Source of the DNA: Thermoproteota archaeon
GTDB lineage: Archaea > Thermoproteota > EX4484-205 > JAAOZP01
Assembly: GCA_049700215.1 (NCBI GenBank)
Contig: JBNAVT010000015.1
Coordinates: 1 to 48,506, forward strand
Length of the DNA stretch: 48,506 nt
Direction of reading: 5' to 3'
The notes below the pieces were generated by a model that saw nothing but the letters and a program-made list of their open reading frames with translations, searched no databases and had not been told where the DNA came from. This document shows, piece after piece, positions 19,293 through 28,478 of this stretch. Position numbers and translations under genes: made by a program. Each line of letters opens with the position of its first letter. Positions within the stretch are counted from its first letter, which is position 1.

Positions 19293-19957
19293 ATATGTCT
19301 GAAGAAGTGAAGGTAAATGTGGAATTTTTGAGAAAAATAGGGAGATATATCTTTAGAGAGTTAAAGAATGAGAATAATCCTTTTGAAGTCAAGATTGAGA
19401 GAGCTTACTTTGTTAGAGATGAGTTATTAACAACAGAGGGTGTACCAACGAAGTGGGTTATTAAGGGTTGTGATCCCTTCGATGGGATTTACGAGATGGT
19501 TTGTGGAGATATCGAAGGGAAGATAGAAGTAAGAAGTCCACGTCTATACAATATCTCTTTCGACATATTGAGCATCCTATATCCAATCTATGAAGAGAAC
19601 CTTAAAAAGGTTGGGAAGAACAATGAGAAAAGATTAAAACTCATTGACGAACTGGCTCAGAGAAAGATCAAACTACAGAACGAGTTGAGGGATAGAAGCA
19701 ACTGGGATAGATACTTCTCTAAAAAACCTTTTGGAAAACTCATGCGAAGGATTACATGGGGCGATGTGGCTGCAACAATGGTTACCAGGGAGTTCGGCGT
19801 CGAGGTTGTCCACTGGATTCCTCCAACACCCGATGAATACGTGTATTTTTACTCAACATTCGATTCGAAGGGTATGAGCAATGACCAGATTTTTGACGAA
19901 GTAAGGAAGAGGATTGATGCTGTTAGAGAAGCCAGAATAAGGGCGAGATTTAAGTGA
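19286..19957 (+). CDS. Hypothetical protein, candidate immunity protein 2
   Basis: Shares VPTKWV, VCGDIEG and LYNIS with the previous gene, plus an identical ~84-codon block. Confidence 0.65.
   Translation: MVNMSEEVKVNVEFLRKIGRYIFRELKNENNPFEVKIERAYFVRDELLTTEGVPTKWVIKGCDPFDGIYEMVCGDIEGKIEVRSPRLYNISFDILSILYPIYEENLKKVGKNNEKRLKLIDELAQRKIKLQNELRDRSNWDRYFSKKPFGKLMRRITWGDVAATMVTREFGVEVVHWIPPTPDEYVYFYSTFDSKGMSNDQIFDEVRKRIDAVREARIRARFK
19674..19926 (+). repeat. 253-bp exact direct repeat, copy 2
   Basis: Identical to 18955..19207. Confidence 0.97.
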
Positions 19958-20013
19958 CGATGATGATGAAACCCAGAAAGAAGCTCGCTCCTCCTAAAAG
20001 AAGAACAATGATA

Positions 20014-20027
20014 TAGCGCGCGCGCTA
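20014..20027. repeat. Perfect palindrome TAGCGCGCGCGCTA (junction motif)
   Basis: Read directly; lies 57 bp after the second immunity-like gene. Confidence 0.9.
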
Positions 20028-20249
20028 AGAGGGAGGTTCGTTCTTCAATCACCCTTTGTATTAGAACCAGGAAAGGAAGAGAGGGTAAAAGTTACATTCT
20101 TACTGGAAAGCGGTACTCTTGAAGACCTTTTAACACTCATTTCTCAGAGACCTCCTATAAGCCTTTCAGGAAAAGCCACTCTAATCTTAAACTTGGCGGA
20201 GCTTCCCCTTAACATATCCATCAACTCTTGGGCTCCGTGGTGATTAGTT

Positions 20250-20879
20250 TTGGAGAAGTTTAGAATACCCTGTTTGATTAGCGGGGTGCTTTTTCTAATA
20301 GTATCCTTAATTGGCGGATCATGGTGGGAACTGATTGGTGGTGAGGCTTCCAAACCAGTTTTATACTTGGGCTTCTCGCCCTTCGACTTCAAAGTTGAGC
20401 TTCTTGGTTCACGGGTCGTTGAACCATCGCCATTTATGACTGCCCTATTCGTATCAGAAAGACTTCTTGCTATCCTTGGGTCAATAACGATAATCGTTGG
20501 CTCAATATTATACAAGAAAACATGGTCCCTGAGGCTCCTTAACCTTAGACCCTTTACTATGCCAGTAGGGTTTGGGATGTTAATTCTGATTGGCGTTATC
20601 TTGATAAAACTCTTAATAACACGCTTCGTCCCTTTAATAGATCGGGCTTTTCCAGACCTGCAGGAAGCATTAATGCCCTACTCAAACCGATACTTAACCA
20701 TAAACCTTCACTCAGTTATGCATGTCAATGGTTTCGTGAAAGTCAGTGTAACATCCCGGTTCACCATACAATTCTGGCTTGCAATACTCTCAGGAGCATT
20801 CTGTCTGGCAGGCATGATCATTCGTAGAATAGGAAAAAGGCCAAAGCCACCTCTACCATTACCCCCACCGTCACAGTAG
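20250..20879 (+). CDS. Hypothetical integral membrane protein (~4 TM)
   Basis: Four hydrophobic segments and a Pro-rich tail. Confidence 0.7.
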   Translation: MEKFRIPCLISGVLFLIVSLIGGSWWELIGGEASKPVLYLGFSPFDFKVELLGSRVVEPSPFMTALFVSERLLAILGSITIIVGSILYKKTWSLRLLNLRPFTMPVGFGMLILIGVILIKLLITRFVPLIDRAFPDLQEALMPYSNRYLTINLHSVMHVNGFVKVSVTSRFTIQFWLAILSGAFCLAGMIIRRIGKRPKPPLPLPPPSQ

Positions 20880-20931
20880 ATATTTTAAACAATTTCCTTA
20901 TTTATCCTAAATCTGTTCGATACTCACAGGA

Positions 20932-21516
20932 TTGAGTTCATTAAACACAGCGCGGCGAAAAATCTCCACGAGCCTAAAAAGAAGCCCATTCCTTGGGCTT
21001 GGACTGCTTTTTCTAGCATTTTCCGTGATGTTGGGGGCTAGGCCAGTATCATACACTGGGGTAGAGATGGAGAAGGAGCTTTGCCGAGAAACTCGGGTTC
21101 TTGAGCCGTATAGCATTGAATGGCTCTCGGTTCACGTCACCCCCTATTATCCCGCCAAGATGAAGAACCTGACTCTAAGTGTCTCTGCTTCCGAATACGC
21201 CTATAGAAGGTTCAGCCTAATGGTTTACGCGTTGAAGCCCGAGGAAACAGCCGGCTTCTCAGAGTGGTGGGCTGAAATCGAGGAGCACGGGATTTACGAG
21301 GAGCCTAATTCCTCGAAAGCGTTGCACGACGTTAAGGATGTTTCAGAAACAACCGCCATGGTTCCGATTACGATCTCCAGAGCCTTCGAGCTATGCTTGA
21401 TAATCTTAACAATATGCGAATATGAGAAGAACCTGGACAGGAGAAAGATTAAGGCTTATCTGAAATTATACCCGAAGAGTGTTGAGAAGGTTATCAAGAA
21501 TGCCGGGCTTATCTGA
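20932..21516 (+). CDS. Hypothetical protein with N-terminal TM; possibly chimeric or truncated
   Basis: N-terminal hydrophobic helix. The last ~40 codons are more AT-rich than the rest. Confidence 0.45.
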   Translation: MSSLNTARRKISTSLKRSPFLGLGLLFLAFSVMLGARPVSYTGVEMEKELCRETRVLEPYSIEWLSVHVTPYYPAKMKNLTLSVSASEYAYRRFSLMVYALKPEETAGFSEWWAEIEEHGIYEEPNSSKALHDVKDVSETTAMVPITISRAFELCLIILTICEYEKNLDRRKIKAYLKLYPKSVEKVIKNAGLI

Positions 21517-21715
21517 ATTCGTTTCCTTCGTAGCTGAAAAATCGGGTGTTAAGGATACGAGCTTAATAGAGTTGGATATAATTCTGCATAGAATGCTTAA
21601 AGAATTTTGTTCTTTACTGTTTCCACAAAATATCTCTTAAGGGAGGTAGCTGTTTGACAAAATGCTACTTCGGTTACTACCGGTTTAGCATTGACCTAGA
21701 CTTTACTTGGAGAGA

Positions 21716-22115
21716 TCAGGAAACATGGGCCGGTTCGGGGGAGAAGGAGCTGAGGGGAAAGCTGTTAGATGAAATAAGGGTTTTCGCCTCTTCCTTAGTG
21801 TACTCTCTTACCAAGTATCTTGAAGCTATGTAAGCGTCTTCTAAAAGACGGATCTCGGTTTTATTCTCCTCAAGGAAACTTGCAAGCTCTTTGCAATCAG
21901 GCAGCCTATTAAGAATCGAAGCGAGAGTCAGTATCGAGCGTACCCTGGGGTAATTACCTATTTTCTCCAGCAGTATTGATTTAAGATGGGGCTGCACCGC
22001 CTGCTCCGATAAGAAGGCGGCCAAGTCGTACTCTCCTGAATTAAGGCTCTAAGGCTCTTGTGAAAAAGGATTTTGCCCTCTTCCTCAAAAGCTTCACTTC
22101 ATAGGTACGCGGCAT
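21716..22115 (-). pseudogene. HEPN-domain gene, frameshifted
   Basis: MPRTYEVKLLRKRAKSFF.. reads in one frame and GEYDLAAFLSEQAVQ...LEDAYIASRY in another. The break is near the TAAGGCTC tandem at 22042-22057. Confidence 0.75.
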
Positions 22116-22333
22116 TACAAGAAAAATGTTTAGAGGGACTTATTAAAGTTTTCAGGATAGCTCGCGCGTCCAACCTGAAAAGATTGCGGAAACCATAGTA
22201 AGCCCTCAGCTAGGAATCTAGCACGCGCTCCCGTTAAACCTGAAGAAGCCTATAGCACGCTGGACAGGGTCCTACTGCGCAGCGGGTAGAAAAAGATTCT
22301 TAAACACCCCGTCTGGAGGATTAGGAGGTAAGG

Positions 22334-23389
22334 TTGGTTAACGTAGCGGTGTACGGGGCAAGCGGCTATGTCGGAGGAGAACTGCTTAGAATACTTCTCT
22401 CGCACAGCAAGGTGGAAATAGTCGCAGCCACTTCCAAGAGGTTCAGCGGCATGCCTGTTCACAAGGTTCACCCGAATCTTAGGAAGGTTTGCCAGATGAG
22501 CTTCGTGGAGCCCAGGGTTGAGAACGTGGCTAATGCTGAAGTTGTTTTCACAGCGCTTCCACACGGCCAGTCTACGCATGTGGTTAAAACGCTTCTCGAC
22601 AAGGGTTTGAAGGTTATAGACTTGGGAGCTGATTTCAGGCTTAAAGAGCCATCTGCCTACGAGAAATGGTACGGGTTTAAACACCCCTATCCTGATCTTC
22701 TTGAGAAGGCTGTCTACGGCCTGCCGGAGCTTCACAGAGACGAGATAAGGACGGCTAGTCTGATAGCAGTACCTGGCTGCATGGCTTCGGCGAGCATACT
22801 TGCGCTCGTACCTCCTGTTAAGAACGGTCTGGTAGACGGAAGACAGATATTCATAGACGCTAAAATAGGCTCCTCGGGAGCCGGCTCCTCTCCAACCTTA
22901 GAAGGATATCATCCGGAGAGGTATAACGTGGTCAGGCCCTATAAGCCGGCTGGGCACAGGCATGTCGCCGAGATAATTCAAGAGGTTTCGCAGGCTTCCG
23001 GCGGGGGAATAGTCGTAGGCTTCTCGCCGCATTCTGTGAACATCGTGAGGGGGATACTCGTGACTGTTCACACACGCCCATCCGGGAGGCTTCCTTCTTA
23101 CCCAGACCTATGGAGGTGTTACAGGCAGGCTTACGACAAGGAGCCCTTCATAAGGCTAGTTAGGGATCCGACGATGGTTCACGGCCTGCCCGACCCGAAG
23201 TACCTGATGGGCTCAAACTTCGCCGACATAGGTTTCGAGATAGATGCTGACTCGAACAGGATAATCCTGTTCGCAGCCATAGATAACCTGGTTAAGGGGG
23301 CTGCTGGAAACGCTGTCCAATGCTTCAACATAATGTTTAACTATAACGAGAAGGAGGGCTTAGCCTTCCCAGGCCTACACCCGGCGTGA
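22334..23389 (+). CDS. lysY: LysY/ArgC ([LysW]-aminoadipyl/glutamyl-phosphate reductase)
   Basis: GASGYVGGEL, ALPHG, DLGADFRL, YGLPELHR, PGC, HRH and IDNLVKGAAG motifs. Confidence 0.93.
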   Translation: MVNVAVYGASGYVGGELLRILLSHSKVEIVAATSKRFSGMPVHKVHPNLRKVCQMSFVEPRVENVANAEVVFTALPHGQSTHVVKTLLDKGLKVIDLGADFRLKEPSAYEKWYGFKHPYPDLLEKAVYGLPELHRDEIRTASLIAVPGCMASASILALVPPVKNGLVDGRQIFIDAKIGSSGAGSSPTLEGYHPERYNVVRPYKPAGHRHVAEIIQEVSQASGGGIVVGFSPHSVNIVRGILVTVHTRPSGRLPSYPDLWRCYRQAYDKEPFIRLVRDPTMVHGLPDPKYLMGSNFADIGFEIDADSNRIILFAAIDNLVKGAAGNAVQCFNIMFNYNEKEGLAFPGLHPA

Positions 23390-23399
23390 GTGTTGGAAG

Positions 23400-24197
23400 A
23401 TGATAGTGGTTAAAGCAGGGGGAACCCTCCTCGAGGAGGAAGCTCTGGAGAAGATAGTTGCGGACGTTGCTGAATACTCTAGGGGTGAGAGGGTCGTGTT
23501 CGTCCACGGGGGAGGAGTAGAGGTTACGGAGACGTGTAGGAGAATGGGTATTGAGCCAAGGTTCGTTGTTTCAGCAAGCGGGATGAGGAGCAGGGTGACC
23601 GACTGGGAGACCATGCAGGTCTACTTGATGACGATGGGGAGACTTAACAAGCTCGTGGTCTCTAAATTCCTCAGGATGGGCGTCAACGCCGTTGGCTTAA
23701 CCGGTGTAGACGGGGCTCTGGCAACCGCCACTAGGAAGGAGAAGATACTCGTTAAAAGAGAGGACGGTAGGAGGATACTGATGGACGGCGGGTTCACCGG
23801 GAAGATTGACAGGGTTAACGTTGACCTTTTGAAACTACTCTTGGACAACGGTATTCTACCGGTTCTAGCACCCATAGCCTTAAGCAGGGAGTTTGAGCCG
23901 CTCAACGTTGACAGCGACGCTTTCGCAGCCAAAGTTGCTTCAGCGATGAGAAGCAGCCTGCTGTACCTTACGAATGTTGAGGGCCTCCTGGTGGACGGGA
24001 GGCTCGTCGAGTCTCTGACGATGGCTGAAGCATCAGTCCTCCTCCCGAGCATAGGCCACGGCATGATGAGGAAAGTGCAGTCAGCTGTGGAGGCGCTTCA
24101 AGAGGGGGCTGCTTCAGTAAGAATATCCTCCGGGCTTGTTGAGAAGCCTGTTTCAAGCGCGCTCGGGAAGAAGCTTGGGACGCTCATAGTTAAATGA
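23400..24197 (+). CDS. lysZ: LysZ/ArgB ([LysW]-aminoadipate/glutamate kinase)
   Basis: VVK.GG, VHGGG, SGM.SR.TD, GFTGKI, LNVDSD and GM.RK motifs. Confidence 0.92.
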   Translation: MIVVKAGGTLLEEEALEKIVADVAEYSRGERVVFVHGGGVEVTETCRRMGIEPRFVVSASGMRSRVTDWETMQVYLMTMGRLNKLVVSKFLRMGVNAVGLTGVDGALATATRKEKILVKREDGRRILMDGGFTGKIDRVNVDLLKLLLDNGILPVLAPIALSREFEPLNVDSDAFAAKVASAMRSSLLYLTNVEGLLVDGRLVESLTMAEASVLLPSIGHGMMRKVQSAVEALQEGAASVRISSGLVEKPVSSALGKKLGTLIVK

Positions 24198-24209
24198 GGA
24201 TGCTTAAAA

Positions 24210-25415
24210 ATGGTTGACCCCTATGAGGTTGAGGACAGGCTTCTGCTTAAAACCTATGTTAAGAGGCGCATAGCGATAATAAGCGGGAAAGGGTCGGAGG
24301 TTTTCGACGATAAGGGTCGGAGGCTCATCGACCTGACTTCAGCCTACGGCGTCGCGATACTCGGCCACTCTAATCCCGTGATTGTTGAAGCAATCGTGAA
24401 CCAGTTGAAGAAAATATCCTCCTGCCACGGCTCGTTCTACAATGACGCTAGGGCGGAGTTCCTCGAGGAAACATCCCGCTTCACATCCCGCTTCTTCCCA
24501 AGGATGCTTCTCGTGAACAGTGGCGCGGAAGCCGTTGACCTAGCGATTAAAACAGCCTTCAGGAAAACAGGGAGAAGCAGGATTGTTGCAGCCAGGAGAA
24601 GCTTCCACGGCAAGACGCTGGGCGCGCTCAGCACGACATGGAACCCGGAGTACAAGAAGGGCTTGGAGCACGTCGTAGGCGAAAGGGTTGTGTTCGCAGA
24701 GTATGGTGACGCTGAGGATTTGAAAAACAAGGTTGACGGGGAGACTGCGGCGGTTATTCTCGAGCCTGTTCAGGGGGAAGGCGGGGTCAGGATTCCTCCA
24801 ACCGGTTACTTGAAGGCTGCGGAGGAAATAGCCTCCGACAAGGGAGCACTGCTCATACTGGATGAGATTCAGACAGGATTGAGGAGGACGGGAACATTCT
24901 TCGCGTTTGAAAAAGAAAAAGTTGAGCCGGATATTGCTCTCTTGGCTAAGGGAGTAGCCGGGGGAATCCCGGCTGGGGTAACGTTTTTCAGCGAGGAGGC
25001 TTCGACAGTCGGCGAACCCGGTTTCCACACTTCAACATACGGGGGAAACCCCTTGGCCTGCGCCGCGGGAGCCGCAACAATGAGGCTGCTGAGGGAAACA
25101 GTCACCAGGGAAACCGTGGAGGAGAGGTCTATAGCCTTCCGAGAAAGGCTTGAAGCCCTGATGAGCCTCAGGATCGTCAGGGAGATAAGGATAAGCGGCC
25201 TCATGATAGGCATTGAGCTGAAAGTCAGGTCTAAGCCTCTCGTCGACCTGCTCGCTGAAAAAGGAGTCCTGGTTTTAACAGCCGGCCCGACCGTGGTGAG
25301 GCTACTGCCGTCGCTCAACATACCGTTAAGCCTCGTCGACGAGGCGTGCAGCATTATTCTGGAAGCGATGAGGAGCTATGAGTCCAGGCTTGGAAGCGGT
25401 GCAGCCGCTGGTTAA
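24210..25415 (+). CDS. lysJ: LysJ/ArgD class III aminotransferase
   Basis: NSGAEA, FHGKT.G, EPVQGEGG, DEIQTG, AKG.AGG and HTSTYGGNP motifs. Confidence 0.92.
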   Translation: MVDPYEVEDRLLLKTYVKRRIAIISGKGSEVFDDKGRRLIDLTSAYGVAILGHSNPVIVEAIVNQLKKISSCHGSFYNDARAEFLEETSRFTSRFFPRMLLVNSGAEAVDLAIKTAFRKTGRSRIVAARRSFHGKTLGALSTTWNPEYKKGLEHVVGERVVFAEYGDAEDLKNKVDGETAAVILEPVQGEGGVRIPPTGYLKAAEEIASDKGALLILDEIQTGLRRTGTFFAFEKEKVEPDIALLAKGVAGGIPAGVTFFSEEASTVGEPGFHTSTYGGNPLACAAGAATMRLLRETVTRETVEERSIAFRERLEALMSLRIVREIRISGLMIGIELKVRSKPLVDLLAEKGVLVLTAGPTVVRLLPSLNIPLSLVDEACSIILEAMRSYESRLGSGAAAG

Positions 25416-26478
25416 ACTCCTCTCCAAGTATTCGCCGAGCGGGGAGGAAGAAGAGGCTCAGCAGGAGGTCTTCACCCTGCTGCTTGAAAACGGCTTTGAA
25501 AACGTTAGGAGAGACCAGGCGGGCAATGTTCTAGGGGAGAAGGGTGACGGGGGCAGGACGCTGCTCTTCTGCTCCCACGTGGACACTGTGCCAGGGCTTA
25601 TTGAAGTCAGGCTTGAATCCGGAAGATTATTCGGCAGGGGTGCTGTTGACGCTAAGGCTTCCCTTGCGGCGATGGCGCTGGCAGCATCAGGCTACTCAGG
25701 GAGAAGCCTCAGACTAGTCTACTCGTCAGTAGTCGGGGAAGAGTCTGACAGCAAGGGAGTTAGGAGACTTCTGGAGGAGATCCCGGCTCCGGACTACGTG
25801 GTCATAGGGGAGCCGACTGGGATCAGGGCTGCGGCAATAGCGTACAGGGGGAGCGCAACCGTCATCGTAAGGGTTTCGACACAGGGCGGGCACTCCTCCT
25901 CCCCCCTGGATGATTTCAACGCTATTGTTCAAACCATGAGGCTTGTTGAACACGTTAAGAAGAGGCTAGCCTTCTCTAAAGACCTTTTCTCAAACATAGG
26001 CGTCTCAATAACCATGATTAAAGGAGGATACGGGGACTCTAGAATACCGGACTCGAGCGAGGCACGCTTAAACCTCCGCTACCCTCCGCACGTAGGCTTC
26101 GAAGAGCTTTCGAGAATGTTCGCCGAAGCCTTGAAAGAGTATGTTGAGAAAGCGCGCGGAGCCCTGAACGTGAGTTACGAGTTTCTAGACTACCTGGAAG
26201 GATATGCTTCAGCGAAGGATCAGGTTATGATTAACGCCGTCAGGGAGGCGGTTAGAGAAACACTTGGAAGAGAACTTCTTCTGGTAAGGAAGCTTGGAAC
26301 ATCAGACTTCAACTATACTGGTCTGAAATGGGGCAGGCCGCAAATAGCATGGGGCCCGGGAGACCCCTCGCTGGCACACGGCTCGAGGGAAAGCATTACG
26401 GTTGAAGAGTTCACACAGGGTGTTGAAGCCTACAGAAGGTTTCTTGAAAACCTTGATTCAAGCCTAGCCCAGGGTTGA
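25378..26478 (+). CDS. lysK: LysK/ArgE M20 family carboxypeptidase
   Basis: SPSG.E, HVDTVPG, GRGAVDAK, GEE.DS.G, GEP, GTSD.N and GPGD..LAH motifs. Confidence 0.92.
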   Translation: MSPGLEAVQPLVKLLSKYSPSGEEEEAQQEVFTLLLENGFENVRRDQAGNVLGEKGDGGRTLLFCSHVDTVPGLIEVRLESGRLFGRGAVDAKASLAAMALAASGYSGRSLRLVYSSVVGEESDSKGVRRLLEEIPAPDYVVIGEPTGIRAAAIAYRGSATVIVRVSTQGGHSSSPLDDFNAIVQTMRLVEHVKKRLAFSKDLFSNIGVSITMIKGGYGDSRIPDSSEARLNLRYPPHVGFEELSRMFAEALKEYVEKARGALNVSYEFLDYLEGYASAKDQVMINAVREAVRETLGRELLLVRKLGTSDFNYTGLKWGRPQIAWGPGDPSLAHGSRESITVEEFTQGVEAYRRFLENLDSSLAQG

Positions 26479-26522
26479 AAACAACTTTTAAAAAACCCTT
26501 CGCGTTTGAAAGACTAATCGGG

Positions 26523-26798
26523 TTGAAAATCAGGGCCCACGTGTATGTAAGCGGCCTTGTTCAAGGAGTTTTCTTCAGGCATGAAACCAGCAGGCTCGCG
26601 CAAGCTCTCGGAGTGAGAGGATGGGTTAGGAATCTTCCAGACGGGAGGGTTGAGGCGGTTTTCGAAGGAGAGGAGGCGCTGGTGAGAAAAATGATAGACT
26701 TCTGCGGAAGGGGGCCGCCTGGAGCCCGGGTTACTGGAGTAAGAGTTGAGTGGGAGGAGTACAGGGGGGAGTTCGGAGGCTTCACTATAAGGCATTAA
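26523..26798 (+). CDS. acyP: Acylphosphatase
   Basis: VSG.VQGVFFR, GWVRNLPDGRVE and GPP.ARV motifs. TTG start inferred. Confidence 0.93.
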   Translation: MKIRAHVYVSGLVQGVFFRHETSRLAQALGVRGWVRNLPDGRVEAVFEGEEALVRKMIDFCGRGPPGARVTGVRVEWEEYRGEFGGFTIRH

Positions 26799-26853
26799 GC
26801 ATTTTCTCTTCAAGGAATGCTTTAAAAGCTCCAGCGTGCTACGCTACCTGTAG

Positions 26854-27288
26854 ATGGCGAGAAAAGTATTATTCATATGCGTGCAAAACAGTTTCAGAAG
26901 CCAGGTTGCAGAAGCATTCTTCAACTCAAATCCCCCGCTAGGATGGGTCGCGGTTAGCGCCGGCCCGAAGCCTGCTGAAAACGTCAACCCTAAGGCAGTC
27001 CAACTTTTAAAGGAAAGGGGAATAGATATTTCCGGCAGAAAGCCTAGGAAGCTGACTAGGGAGATGGAGGCTGAGGCGGATATTGCAGTAATAGTCTGCA
27101 GCGGCTCAGAATGCCCCGTGGTGAACGTTAATCATGTTGAGAACTGGGGAATAGAGGACCCTGCTGAAATGAGCCTGGAGGATGCTCGCAAGATTGTGAG
27201 CAAGATTGAAAACATGGTTAGGAACCTGGTTGAGAGAATAGTCAGGGGCGAGGCTCCTTCCAGGGGAATCGGGCTTAGCCTAGGCTGA
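26854..27288 (+). CDS. LMW-PTP/ArsC-family protein
   Basis: VLFICVQNSFRSQ.AEA, SAG, C....CP and W..EDP motifs. Confidence 0.88.
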   Translation: MARKVLFICVQNSFRSQVAEAFFNSNPPLGWVAVSAGPKPAENVNPKAVQLLKERGIDISGRKPRKLTREMEAEADIAVIVCSGSECPVVNVNHVENWGIEDPAEMSLEDARKIVSKIENMVRNLVERIVRGEAPSRGIGLSLG

Positions 27289-27333
27289 TTGTAACCTGCG
27301 GCTGGCAAGCGGAACGGTTAACCATTTAAAACG

Positions 27334-28437
27334 CTACTTGTAAACAGCCACGGGTCTTCCAAGCAGCCCGGCATCTAGCTCCACCAGTCCCAGCCCGCTT
27401 TCCCGGGGGAACAGTCTCATAGAGTTCTCAACCCTCGTCCCTCCTTTCTTAACAAGCTTGTCGGCGTGAAGCAGGTCGCAATCAAGATCCGCATAATTCA
27501 CGTTTCTAACTCCTGCTGCAAAATGGGCTCCTGCAGCAATACCTATTTCAGACTCGCTCATACACCCGATCATGCAGGATACTCCCGCAGCCTCAGCCAC
27601 GTCGGATATTTTCCTCGCCCTCAGTATTCCACCGCTCTTCGCAAGCTTAATGTTCATCATGTCGACAGCCTCCTCCCGGATGAGCCTCAGCGCGTCGGAG
27701 GGTGAATGAACGCTTTCATCAGCCATAACCGGTATTGGAGACTCCCTCCTAACCCTAGCCAGGCCCTTCACGTCGTGAGCGGGAACCGGCTGCTCGACGA
27801 ACCGTATTCTAAACTTCTCCACCCTGTTTAAGACTTCAACAGCCTGCTCGGGGCTCCAGCCCTCGTTCGCGTCAACCCTTATCTCAACACCCTCCCCCAC
27901 GGCCTCGCGAACCATCCTTATTCTTTCAACATCCTCGGAAGGGTTTACGCCAACCTTAAGCTTAAGAGCCCTGAAGCCCTTCTCCACAGCCTTGACGGCG
28001 TCAATAGCCATCTCCCTAGGAGTCTTAATGCTCAGCGTGAAGTCAGTCAGAACCTCAGCCCGGTAGCCTCCGAGAAGCATGAAAAGCGGTTTCCCAGCGG
28101 TCTTCCCGAGAATATCGTGGAGAGCAATATCTATAGCAGCCTTGGCGGCAGGATTCCCCTCGACAACCTGGTCCATGGTCTCCAGGTTCCGCTCAATCCT
28201 CAGTGGGCACGCGCCCACCAGCCTGGGCGCGATTCTAGACAGGGCTTCGACAACAGTCTCCACAGTCTCCCCAGTTACCCTCCTGGATGGAGAAGCCTCC
28301 CCCCAGCCTTCAACACCATAGTCGGTAACTATCCTAACCACGACGTTGCGGCTCTCCACGCTCGCGCCCGGCGCAATCCGGAAGGGCTCGAAAAACCGGA
28401 GAGTCACCGGATAAACCTCGATTCGCTCTATGCCCAT
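27334..28437 (-). CDS. Dipeptide (L-Ala-D/L-Glu) epimerase, enolase superfamily
   Basis: GWGEA, KLKVG, VDANEGW, EQP, ADES, NIKLAKSGG, GCM.E and DLD motifs. Confidence 0.9.
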   Translation of the reverse strand: MGIERIEVYPVTLRFFEPFRIAPGASVESRNVVVRIVTDYGVEGWGEASPSRRVTGETVETVVEALSRIAPRLVGACPLRIERNLETMDQVVEGNPAAKAAIDIALHDILGKTAGKPLFMLLGGYRAEVLTDFTLSIKTPREMAIDAVKAVEKGFRALKLKVGVNPSEDVERIRMVREAVGEGVEIRVDANEGWSPEQAVEVLNRVEKFRIRFVEQPVPAHDVKGLARVRRESPIPVMADESVHSPSDALRLIREEAVDMMNIKLAKSGGILRARKISDVAEAAGVSCMIGCMSESEIGIAAGAHFAAGVRNVNYADLDCDLLHADKLVKKGGTRVENSMRLFPRESGLGLVELDAGLLGRPVAVYK

Positions 28438-28478
28438 CTCGCCCAGACCACCCTTAACGGTAGGCAGCAGGGTTTCAA

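Noticed and set aside
18955-19926. Diversity-generating retroelement TR/VR pair
   Set aside because: The copies are identical with no adenine-specific mismatches, and no reverse transcriptase is in the window.
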